Positions 22,482-33,632 of a stretch of 64,000 nt of DNA are shown piece by piece. The notes under the pieces are model-generated. The model worked only from the letters and a program-made list of their open reading frames with translations. It was not told where the DNA came from and made no database searches. The position numbers and the translations under genes are program-made. The DNA is from Anthoceros angustus (taxonomy: Eukaryota; Plantae; Anthocerotophyta), in assembly GCA_010909165.1 (NCBI GenBank), contig MU008218.1, positions 1 to 64,000 on the forward strand, in the 5' to 3' direction. Every line of letters begins with the position of its first letter. Position 1 is the first letter of the stretch.

Positions 22482-23319
22482 TTAAAAAGCGAATGGCATC
22501 CGGGATGCCCTCCCAATCTCCTCAGCCTGATTACGCTTGGTCTGGGGCTCCGTTGCAGGCTTGCTGTCCGGGACTTGCTCCTCACCGTCCCTTCCTACAA
22601 TCAGCAGGTGTGTCAACCCCCGGCGGAGCGCACGCTCCTCCTCACTCTCCTTCAGGAGGTTGTGGTGCCCCCAAACATGCAAGATGAAGGGAGACAACAC
22701 CGACGGAGGAGGCCACTCGTTGCGCAGCTTTCGTGCCTCCTGTGCTATCCGGGCGAAAATGATCCGCCCCCAGTCCGCTCGCTTCTCCCTCGTGAGAGCA
22801 TACAGGAACAAAAGCAGATTGTCCCTCAGGTGGTCTACCTTTGTGAGCATGTTCTAGTGGACAACAATTTTGGCCAGTGCCCTTACCCGTCGGTCCTTCA
22901 AGTCCAACATCAACCACCCATTGGAGGACCTTTGGGCGTCTGACTTCAAGAGTGCGGGCTTTGCCGCTTCCAACTTCCCCTTCCCCTTCAGTGGGCTCCG
23001 GCACCACCCCTCCTATCTCCTCCGAGGGCTGGTTTTACACCACCCGAAGTGCTTCCACGGTCCATCGCCTAGGGCTCTCCCGCAAACTCTTTGAGCGAAC
23101 TGACTTATTTGCCGCCACCAACAGCTTTCGGGCGTACTCCCGGACCAGCGTCATGCTGTCATAAGTCCAAACTGCCTGGAATATGTCCAGGTGCCACTCC
23201 TGGACAAGCTCGCCCGCCTCCTCTAGCCATGGGCAGAAATCCGGATAGCACTTGGTAGTGATGTTCTTCTCCGGCAGAGTCCAGGGCTCTAGAGTCTCTG
23301 CCGCTTTCTTGGGAGCCAT
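22482..23319 (-). pseudogene. LTR-borne ORF, copy A (MAPKKAAE...TLVREYARK...DWGRIIFARI...LSPFILHVW)
   Basis: ORFs 23035-23406 and 22482-22850. Starts ~720 bp inside the PPT/TG junction. Homologous to copy B. Confidence 0.65.
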
Positions 23320-24039
23320 GCCGCCTTGCCTGTCATCTCCCTTACGGAATAGCTTCGGCCTCACCACAACTCTCGCCGCTCTTAGCCCTAAAGGAGGGAA
23401 GCGCAATGAGAAGATGCAAGTCCTCCAAGACGGAGCAATTGAGCGATAAAAGAGCGACCGCCAGAGGGCCGGGTGACGAAGCGCGAGAGACTAAGAAAAC
23501 TATCAAGAAACCCCGTCTGGGAGTCTTCTTATTCTCTCTGCTGCAGTGCGGTGAGCGTAATTATCGTTCGGCAAGGTGTCCTTTCGTTGCTAGTAACTGC
23601 CACCCCTCTGCATCTTATACTGCAGCTTCACATCCTCGGGTCGTGACTACTTGCCTATAACGGCTTCTGGCAAGTACGGGGTTCCGGCCCCCTGCATGTC
23701 AGACGGCCCGATGCCACCATCCACGTGTCGCCCTTCCGTAATTACGACCCACGTTGTCGGACTTACCTATCTTATCCACCCAAGACCCCCTCCTCCGAAC
23801 CTTCTCTGGTCCTCCTCCGGAGCTGCTCCGGACCATGCCTCCCTTGAGGCCTATGGCCATCCTCCGGAGCTCCTCCGGACCTTGCCCTCATCGGAGTTGC
23901 CACCATGCCTACGTAACTTAGCTGGATAGGCCTTATTATCAAAACATTTCCCTTATTTCTCACACAAATCCTCACGAAAATAAAAAACCCCTGTTAATCG
24001 ACCCGCAGGGAAGTCAAAGCATCCGTCCCTTGTCCACAT

Positions 24040-25916
24040 ACTCCCCTTCTCATTTGTTGGCGTCTCTGCCAACACTACGAGTAATATTTCTTCACCCTCC
24101 ACCCATTCACTCGGGTGGGTAAAAGCGTACGATCCAATTGCCTTAAATGAACAGACCCGGTTCTCGTATACCTTCACTACCTGGTACAGACCCATCCATC
24201 TTAGGTGAAGCTTCCTTGGAAAATGCATATAATAACTATCATAAAGAAGGGCAATGTCTCCCTCCTTCACATATTCCTGATTGCGCAGCCTCCGATCGTG
24301 CCATATCTTGTGCTGGTTCTGCATCAGCTGCATTTGTGGTTGGGCCTCCTCCCTGTCCTCCGTGTGCTCAACAAACCCTCAGAGTCGTTCCAACTGACTC
24401 TCTTCCTCTGAGAGGCGTCTCCCTCCATCAACACTCGAAAAGTGGGCACTTCAAACTCAACTGGCACAATGGGGGAGTGTCTGTAAGTAATTAAGATAGT
24501 AGGGTGTCCGCTGGGTGGTTACCTTCTCTACCGTCCTAAACGCCCACAATGCTGATGGTAGCTTGGTATCCTAATCATGAGCATAGTTCACTGTTGGCTT
24601 GTTCAAGATCTGGCAGATTAGTTCATTGGTCTTCTCCGTTAGCCCATTCGCCTTGGGAGTGTATGGTGCCGTCTTTCGATGGTTTATGCCAAAGTACTTT
24701 GTCATGGCGGCCACCATATCATTAAGGAAATGGGTTCCCCTGTCACTTACCAGCTGTAATGAACACCCGTACCTCGTAATATTGTTCTCGTATAAAATTT
24801 TTGCCACAGTACTCACGGAGTCGGCCCGGGTTGCCATTGCTTCTACCCACCTGGTACAGTAGTCCATCGCCACCAAGATGTACCTCCTATGGATGTGCAT
24901 AATCGTTAGTTGTATTGGCCCAACGAAGTCAATCCCCCATTTTTCGAAAGGTGCCAGTGCCAAAATAGGCATCAACGGCTATTGTGTTGCGGGGGTTGAT
25001 TCGCTGACAAGCATCACACCGCTTAACGAACTGGTACATTGTGGGCCACCAGTATGTAACCTCTAGAATCTTTTTGGCGGTGACCTAGGCTGCATAATGT
25101 CCTCTGCCAACTCCCTTGTGCATTTCTCTTACTACGGCCTACGTTTCTTCTTACTGCACGTAACTTCGCTCCATTCCGTCCGGTCCTATCTTGAAAAAGC
25201 ATCCGTTATATATCCGAAAGGGGCGAGCATAGTGTACGAAGGCCTGCCTCTGGCTGCGCGTCAGGTTGGCGGGCATGCCCATGCTCCAGAGATATCGTTC
25301 TAGCTCACCATAGGTGGGTCTTCATGGCGGCACCCCCTTCTCCGCCTGGCATCGGATCGGGATTTAAACTTACACCGACTACGGTGCGTCTCATTGAATC
25401 ATCCCCATTGTTGCCACCAGGGTTTCATCTGGAAAGGCGTCTACCTGGTTCTTAAGCATAGGCTCAGTCTTAAGCCAGAATAGGAAGTCCGCATTTTGAT
25501 GCTGCCATCCTTGCCGCGTCTCTACCTCGAAGGTGAACTCCTATAACAACAATATCCACTGGGCGATTCTTCCTGACAGATTCGCCTTATCCACCAAGTG
25601 CTTCAGTGCGAAGTGGTCCACATAAACACGAATTCACCGGGCAATATGTAGTGCCTAAATTTCTTCATAGCATACACCATCCCTAATGCCTGGTGGTGTA
25701 CTTGCGTTCTGCATTGGTGAGTTGCCGTCCGGCACAATAGATAGAGTAGTCCTTCCGCTTGTCATCCTTTTGGCTCAATACCACACCAATGGCAAATGCT
25801 GATACATCCACATACACATGGAACCTTCGTTCCCAGCCTGGTCCTTTCAAGATGGGTGCGCTTATTAGAATACTCTGCAAGTCTCGAAACGCCTTCTCCT
25901 GATCTGTCGACCACAC
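24040..25916 (-). pseudogene. Degenerate RNase H and integrase
   Basis: ORFs 25683-25916, 24571-24975 and 23953-24333 (GPY/F-like KLHLRWMGLYQV). Confidence 0.9.
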
Positions 25917-26399
25917 TCATTTCTCCTCCTTTTAACAGCATAATATTTGAAGCGGCTGAATATACAAAGCCGCTTTTGCAGAAAAAAAACCAACTGCGGG
26001 AAAACTAGGTGGGCACTGAATTCCGCGATTCAGACGTTTTGGTTTTCTTGGTGATGGTTAATTCCTTCCCTTCCCTTCGGCATCGGCTACTTTTCTCGTC
26101 AAGTGCGCAGGGTAAATGGTTGTAGTGTGCCGGAAAGCCCGCCAATGGTCTTTCACATCCGATAACACGATATCTTGTGAAGGGGGTGAATATCCGAACC
26201 CCCTTCCGTGATATGAAAACCCCCTTAGCACAATTCACACCGTCCTGAAATACGCGTTTTGGCTCTTTTTAAAAAAAGGTCGACCTTGTTCCAACGAGTA
26301 GGTATTGAGAAAAGCATCCGTTATATATCAGAACAAAGACATGAAAGCAGTGCGGGCGGCCGGCCGGCCGCCTTTCATTGATTCTTTGGAACAAGGGCG

Positions 26400-29320
26400 A
26401 AGACATCAATTGCCTCATTACAGCGGGTCCATAAGTGATTGCGAACTAAGCGGGCAGGATGCACCTCGCCTCCGTTCATCCTTGCCTAGGTCGCCATCTC
26501 CCTCTCCAGCGGTCGATCTCCGCCTGCCCCGGCTTCCTCCAGCTCCTTCTTCAACTCGGCGTCCAACTCCTTGGATCGGCGCCAACTCTCCTCCATCCTC
26601 AAAGCAGTGGAGCCTATCTCCCGCTCATGGTTCGCAATCACTCCCGAGGGCTCCATGCCGCTCAGCGTGTCTTGTAGCTCGAGTTTTCCTGCGGTCCTCC
26701 ATTTCCTCCGCTTTCCCCCTTGTCCGGAGATCCTCCACCTCCCGGTTGCTGGCCTCCTTTTCCCCGCCTTGCCGTGCTCACTGCATTGCTTTCGGCCTTG
26801 AGATTGGTCGCGGCTGTGCCTGCCGTTTCCCTCCACCGGTTCCTGTCCCTCCGGTAGTGGTCTCGGTCGGTCTTGGCGGCGGCTTCAGCCTCCCGCGCCC
26901 CTTTCACCTGAGCTTCCCAGGCTTGGTGCTGCTCCTGTCGAGCCGTCTCGACGAGGTCTCGGGCCTTCTCCGCTTGCCTTCGGGCCTCCTCCGACTCCTT
27001 CTGCGCTACCTCCCTCCGTTTGCAGGTCTTACGCCTGCTTGGCCTCCTGCCGGGCAGTGACCTTGCAGTGAAGGATCCTAACTGTCTGACTGGCGTCTCT
27101 CTCCGCTTGGCCTCCCTCCTCCACTCTTGCGAGTGACTCCGCCTTCTTTTGACCTGCTTGGGCCGCCTCTACACCTTGGGTTCCACCATCCTTCGCCGGG
27201 TGGGCTCCACTTCTTGGGGTCTTCTCTGTTCATGAGACCCCAAAGCATACCATCCATGACGGTAGCCAAAACCCGCCGTGTTTCTTCATTCCACCGTGAG
27301 ATACCGGAAGTCCGTGGGAGGCGGGCATCTCCCGATCCGTCGAGGGCCATCATATTGCGGTCCGGAGATCCTCCATCTCCCGATTCTTGGCCTCCTTTTC
27401 CCCCTTGACTTGCAGTGCTCTCATGCGGTTGCTCGGCCTTGAGATTGGTCGCGTTGTGCCTGCCGTTTCCCTCCACCGGTTCCTGTCCCTCCGGTAGTGG
27501 TCTCGGTCGGTCTTGGCGGCGGCCGGCCTCAGCCCTTTCACAGGCTTCCCAAGCTTGGTGCTGCTCCTGTCGAGCCGTCTCGACGAGGTCTCGGGCCTCC
27601 TCCGCTTGCCTTTGGGCCTCCTCCGACTCCTTCTGCGCTACCTCCCTCCGTTTGCAGGTCTTACGCGTGCTTGGCCTCCTGCGCCGGTGACCCTGAAGGA
27701 TCTAACAGTCTGTTGTCGGGACTGGCGTCTCTCTCCGCACGGCTTCACCTCCTCCACTCTTGCGAGTGACTCCGCCTTCTTTCGACCTGCTTGGGCCGCC
27801 TCTACCTGCCCCTGGAGTTCCACCATTCTTCGCCGGGTGGGCTCCACTTCTTGGGGTCTTCTCTGTTCATGAGACCCCAGCATACCATCCATGACGGTAG
27901 CCAAAACCCGCCGTGTTTCTTCCACGGCCACTGAGGAGATACCGGAAGTCCGTATGGGAGGCGGGCATCTCCCGATCCGTCGAGGACCATCATGTGCATC
28001 CGGAGGTCCGGTGGACTCTCGGACAATCGGGACCCTCGGGTCACAGTGCTTGATCGAGCCTCTACTTCTTTGGCCCTCTTGGCCGCTAGCTCCTTCTCCG
28101 CCCTTCTCCGCTTGGGGCTCGGAGGTGGTGAAGGGGTCCGGGAGCTGGCCCTCTTGCCTCTCCCGGTTGGGGACAGGACGGGCTCAGGGTGGGGCTGCCA
28201 GTGCCCTCCCGGCCCCTAGGCAGCGTCCCTTTCCGCCCTCCGCACTGCCTCCTCCGCTTCCTGCCACTCCGTCGGTAGGGGCAAGGGCACGGGTGCGGTC
28301 CTGGGCGCTGCGTTGGTAGGCGCTACCTTCCGCCTCTTCGCTTCCCTTCGAGTCCGTGGGGCTCGGCGGTGGCGTCGTTGTTGGGCTGGCAGGCAGTTCT
28401 GACACTTGACTCGTCACATGGCCGCCTCTTCCTGCGCCGGTTGCTCCGGTGGGGGAACCAGGAGGAGAGAAGCGGGAATGTCTTCCCACACTTCCCTGGG
28501 TGGCGAGAGGGTCCGTTCCAGATGTATAGAGTCCTAATCCTCCTCCGCCTCCTCCTCCGCCTCCTCCGGACCAATCAGACCTCGGCCTCTCGCTCTTCCT
28601 TCTCTCTCCGCCTCCGGTAGGGCGACCAGCCCTTTCCGTAGTGCCCGCTCCTCTTCCCCCTCCTTCAGGAGGTTCATGTGCCCCCACACATGAATGAGGA
28701 ACGGCGATAACGCTGAGGGGGGTGGCTTCTTGCTTCTCAGCTTCCGGGCCTCCTGGTTGATTCGGGCGAAGATTATCCTATCCTAGTCGGCACGTTTCCC
28801 CTTCTGTAGATCGTGGAGGAACACCAGCAGATTATCACCAAGGTGGTCCACCTTGGTGAGCATATTCCAGTGGACGATAATCTTCGCCACTGATCGTACC
28901 CTCCTGTCCAGGAGGTCCGACATCAACCACCCGTTGGAGGATCGCTGTGTCCCTGGCCACAAAAGGGCTGCTTTGGCCGCTTCCACCTTCGCTTCACCTC
29001 GGGGGCCCGCATTACCCCCCTATTTCTCCACGGGCGGTTGTAGATCCTCGGACCTCCACGGTCCACTTCTTGGGGTCCTCCCGCAGGTTCTTGGAACGGA
29101 CCTCCTTGTTGGCCGCTGCCAACATTTTCCGGGCGTACTCCCGGACTAAGGTGACGCTATCAAAGGTCCAGACAGCCTAGAAAATATCCAGGTGCCATTC
29201 CTCCACCAGCTCCTCCGCCTCCTCCAGCCAAGGACCGAAGTCTGGGTAGCCCTTGGTGACGATGTTGCGCTCCACCAAGCGCCATGGCTCCCACACCTCC
29301 GCCGCTTTCTTGGGTCCCAT
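26400..29320 (-). pseudogene. LTR-borne ORF, copy B, with a long Pro/Gly-rich linker and coiled-coil-like C-terminal part
   Basis: MGPKKAAEVWEPW...WHLDIF*AVWTFDSVTLVREYARK; HWNMLTKVDHLGDNLL; later KELDAELKKELEEA. Stops and frameshifts present. Confidence 0.6.
26722..27999. repeat. ~638-bp tandem duplication within LTR-ORF copy B
   Basis: TCCGGAGATCCTCCA...GAGATTGGTCGCG...CCCTCCACCGGTTCCTGTCCCTCCGGTAGTGGTCTCGG at ~26722 and ~27360. Confidence 0.85.
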
Positions 29321-29569
29321 CACCACGCTCCTTTTGTTCCGCTGTTGGGACTTGAGGCTCAACAATCTCTCGCTCCTCTGCCGCTGCGTTAGTCGCTCCC
29401 TCCGCAAAGTCGATCCGCGCGTGAGGGTGCCTGAGCGCTCGAAAAGACAACGCCAGAGAGCCGGTGTCTGAGCGCGAGAGAGTGCGAGAACCGCCGCGAG
29501 GTTGCTTGGAAGAATGACCTCCGCCTCGGTCCACTCCGTCGAAAGTAACCGTCGCGCGGAAGGGCGGCT

Positions 29570-30337
29570 GTCGCACGAGGTAAGCACTTGAATTCACATA
29601 AGCACTTCCTCCACCAACAACCAAGCAAACAAATCTAATACGCAGGTATATAGGTGCAAACCAATATAACAACAGGAGGGAGTAGCTCGCACATCGTGGC
29701 ACAAACACACTCTTCCCACGAGAAGAACACACAAATTCCTCACACATCGCCTCCTGAGTCATAGCTTTGGCCTCCTCACAACGCCTCAGACAGATATCAG
29801 AGGACAAGCTATGATCCGAGCTTGTCCTCAATGGAAGGGTCTATATATACTAGACCACGGCATCGGCATATTCCTAAGATATCCTATTGGCATCGGCATA
29901 TGCGAAATATCCTAAGAATATAGTATAATATGCAAGGAATATGCCAAGCATATTACTTGAGCTTATCCACTTAGCTATTGTATCCTAAGAATACACTATA
30001 ATATGCAAGGAATATGCCAAAGCATATTACTTTAGCTTATCCACTTAGCTATTGCTAACCATGTTTAATTAATAATAATCAATGCTTAATTAACATAAGC
30101 ATCTTAGATTAATTAACACTAATCAATGCTTAATTAACATAAGCACCTTAGATTAATTAACACTAATTACTTACTTAAAGATAAGTAATTAGATTAATTA
30201 ATGCTAATCAAACACTAAACCCAAGTGCAGAGATTAGTATCACACGGCATGACGCGAGGTAAGCACTTGAATTCATATAAGCACTCGACCAACAACCAAG
30301 CAAACAAATCTAATACGCGGTATATAGGTGCAAACCA
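29570..30337 (-). repeat. 3' LTR region of the PHD element: ~95-bp direct repeats (29570-29663, 30248-30337) around AT-rich tandem subrepeats
   Basis: GAGGTAAGCACTTGAATTCA...CAACAACCAAGCAAACAAATCTAATACGC.GGTATATAGGTGCAAACCAAT occurs twice. Internal ~70-bp and ~42-bp duplications at 29900-30170. Confidence 0.75.
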
Positions 30338-30406
30338 ATCCCCCCCTGATAATGTGAGACTCCAAGTCAAAACATTATCATTAGTAGGACTACATACGTA
30401 CGCACC

Positions 30407-30982
30407 TCATGTAGTGCATTGTGCACAAAACCAATCTTCCTCGGGAATGTCGTCAAGAGGTGGTTGAACACAAAACATGTGGTATCCCCTATTGCACCGA
30501 TCACAAAGAAGCATTACATCATCATCATCAGTACGTCCACAAACCTGACACTCCAAGTCTTTGGGTGGACGCCACATTGTAGGCCGTAGTTGAGGGTCCA
30601 AATTGGGTAAGTGGCATGGTGCGCAGTTCTTGAGGTGATCCTTCCATCTTCGGCCATCGGATCCTTCAAGCTCAAGCACTCCATCTTTGCCTACTCGCAC
30701 GACCCGCAAGATGACTCTGGTGGATACCTCCAAGGTGTTGCCTGGCTTCCGATGCAGGTAGACATAATCTCCAACTTGAACTTGCGCACCTTGGGTTTCC
30801 ATGTCCCTCCTCGTGTGTAAGCATAGCGCAGTTGATCCCTGTGTTGCGCTATGGCAAGGTTCTCCATTGCCATGGGCATGATCCGTTTGAAAAGCTCGCC
30901 CGCCTTTCCGGTCTCGTAGGCAATCATCCGCATTGCGCCAATCCACCGGTGCTTGTAGCCTTGCTTGCCTCACGTTTGGCAA
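30407..30982 (-). CDS. Integrase C-terminus with PHD finger (C4HC3)
   Basis: GDYVYL...LELEGSDG...NCAPCH, followed in frame by CQVCGRTDDDDVMLLCDRCNRGYHMFCVQPPLDDIPEEDWFCAQC. Confidence 0.9.
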   Translation of the reverse strand: MPNVRQARLQAPVDWRNADDCLRDRKGGRAFQTDHAHGNGEPCHSATQGSTALCLHTRRDMETQGAQVQVGDYVYLHRKPGNTLEVSTRVILRVVRVGKDGVLELEGSDGRRWKDHLKNCAPCHLPNLDPQLRPTMWRPPKDLECQVCGRTDDDDVMLLCDRCNRGYHMFCVQPPLDDIPEEDWFCAQCTT

Positions 30983-33632
30983 AATGGTTGTCGCCCATAC
31001 AACAAGTAGTATGGTGAAAAATTGCTCAAGGTCGCTTGATTGCTCACCTGCACTAGCACTAGGTATGGCATCCCTTCATCCCATGTCTTGGTCATTTGTG
31101 AGACAATATTTGCGCAAGGCCGCTTGAAGGTGCACCAAGCGTTCGGCAAGTCCATCGGCTTGAGGATGATCTCGACGACGCCGATGATCAATCAAGCTCT
31201 GTCAAGCAAGTCTTGAAATTCCCCACGAATTCTTTGCCCCGTCTGAGAACCTGCACATGCTCCATATCGACTAAGAACGGAAGCCAAGAACGCCTTCTTG
31301 GTAAGCCGAGAGTCACGCTTGGGTAAGATGGCAACCTCGCACCACTTGCTGAAATGCTCCACCATTAGCATGACATGCTTGTTTCGATCTGCGTCTGGCA
31401 TGTCGGCATGAGATCCACACTCCACTGTAGAAGAGTCCTCGGATCGGCGAGTGAAGCACAACATCATTGGTGTGAACCTTGCCTTCACTCGATCGCACAC
31501 TCTACATTCTGCGACCGCCTTTCCACATCTCCATACATCCTTGCCCAAAAGTGTGTGGGCTGAGCATCTGTAGGTGCGCTTAGCACCAAAATGCCCTAAG
31601 CCTTCATGCACTGGGTGATGAGTCTCACCCGTCCTCGGCTTGGGTACAATTCTATCTCCCGCAGAATCACGGACATACATTATGTCCTCCTTCCAATAGT
31701 ACCGAGCCACCTTCTCGCGTAGCTTGGCCTGCTTCTGAGATGAAAGCCCTTGTGGCAATTCCCCAGACCTTAGGAAGGTCACCGCTATTGCATCCGCCCA
31801 GATGTCCCTGACGGACTCTGCATACAAAGCGATGAGTGGAGGGCTGTCTTCAGCATCCTCATGCAGCATGGCCAACATGGTATCTGGACTACTCTCCCCC
31901 CCAGCCGGTTGCTCGTCATCTGAATCTTGCCTGGCCCCTGTAGTGTCTTCGTTACGAGGTAGAGGATTCCTTGACAACCCATCAGCATTAGAGTGAACTC
32001 TACCTGCTCGGTGTTCGATGACAAAGTCATACTCCTGGAGAATGAGAGCCCACCTCGCCAACTTTCCTGTAAGCTTGGCATTCGTCATCAGCCAATGCAA
32101 GGGTTAATGGTCGATGATAAGTCGAAACTGATGTCCAAACAAATACGGACGAAAGTGTCCGACTGCCCACACTGCTGCAAGACATTCTCCTTCGTAGGCA
32201 GAGTAGTTGGACTCCGCCTGGTCGTTGCTCCAACTGGCATAAGCAATGACATGTTCCTCTTCCTTGTCATTGATCTGTGCCAAGACTGCCCCTATGCCGT
32301 ACTTGCTCCAATCGATTGTAAAGTACGAATGGCCATCAAGTTTGGATGACCAAGAATTGGCGAGCTCATGAGTCTACCCTTCAACTCCATGAAAGCTGAC
32401 TCCTCCTCTTGAGTCCAACGCCAAGTCACCAACTTCTTCAACAAGTCATTCAATGGCGCAATCCTCATCCGCGGAATGAACTTCCTGTAGTAACCGCCAA
32501 ACCCAAGAATGCCCTCAACTTGAGATGTCGTTTGGCACAGGAATGCGCGATTGCCTCCACCTTGGTGGCATGCGGCGAGATCCCGTCAGGCGTGATCCAA
32601 TGACCCAAATACAACACCTTGTCCTCTCCAAATCGACACTTCCCTGGATGGGCCTTCAACCCACAAGCAGCCAGTCTAGCAAAGACTGCTCGAAGATGTT
32701 GTAGATGCTCCTCAAAGGTATTGCTGAAGATGATGACATCATCAATGTAGCACTTGGCGAAATGCAAGTCCTTGAGCTCATTGTCCATGTATCTTTGGAA
32801 CTGCGTTGGCGATGTCTTCAACCCAAATGGCATGTAGTTCCACTCGTACAAGCAATCTCTGCCCTAGAACGCCGTTTTCTTCTTGTCTTCTTCGACGATC
32901 TCTACTTGGTGAAACCCTAGCCTCAAGTCCAATGTTGAGAAGAACTTGGCAGACCCAATGGTGTCGAAGATCTCTTTGGCCGTCGCGACGCATGGGATAG
33001 TGGTCATGTGGGATTCGCTCGTTCAACGGCCGATAGTCACCACACATTCTCCTCTCCGTCCACAATCCATTCTCATCCTTCTTTTTCGGAAGCACCGCAT
33101 TGCGTCTGCGAGTTAGATCGTCGAATCAGCCCTAGCTTGAGAAGCTCTTGGCATCGATTCTCAACCAAATCCCACTCGGCCTTGCGAGCCACTCTGGAAT
33201 TTGGTTCATCCGTGGTCGATTCTATGTGGAACTTCCCTTTGGTGTACTTCCCCATCTCCGCAAGCGTGAAAGCAAACATATGTCATGCCTCCAACAACTC
33301 CTTTAGGCGGCGCGTTGATTGCTCTTCAACTCGACGCCTGTTAACCACTCATGTGGCTGTGGCTTAGATGGCTTGCACGCTTCCTCTACGTGCTCGCTCT
33401 CCTTGCCCTCCAACATGAGTGGTGGGGCCCATGTCTGCACGCACACTTGACGAGTTTTCGGAACGAAGGTGGATACTTCATATATAAAAATGATCTTGAT
33501 TATCTTCACATCTCTTGCACACCCACAAGAAATTAGAGTAAGGTGCTGGGGTTGTTGTCTAGGGTTCCATTGATTCCCGATGTTAGGCTACCAACTAGGT
33601 AATGTCGAAGAGGCAAGACCGTGCATTAAACT

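Larger units (their letters stand above)
22390..29570 (-). mobile_element. Second Athila/Tat-like Ty3/gypsy element (or two recombined relatives): LTR-region copy, RNaseH-integrase, truncated 3' LTR
   Basis: WSTDQEKAFRDLQSILISAPIL...FHVYVDVSAFAIGVVLSQ (RNase H) and PFEKWGIDFVGPI...[15 protein letters not shown]...VSDRGTHF (integrase). PPT GAGAAGGGGAG-TA-TGT at 24052-24036. The same LTR-region ORF is present on both sides. Confidence 0.8.
29570..33430 (-). mobile_element. 5'-truncated Ty3/gypsy element: RT, RNase H, integrase-PHD, PPT, 3' LTR
   Basis: RRMCGDYRPLN; YMPFGLKTSPTQFQRYMD...CYIDDVII (RT); KLARWALILQEYDF...HRAGRVHSNADGLSR; GHFG...CRVC; EHFSKWCE. G7 tract at 30340-30346, then TGGTTTGCACC. 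Confidence 0.92.
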
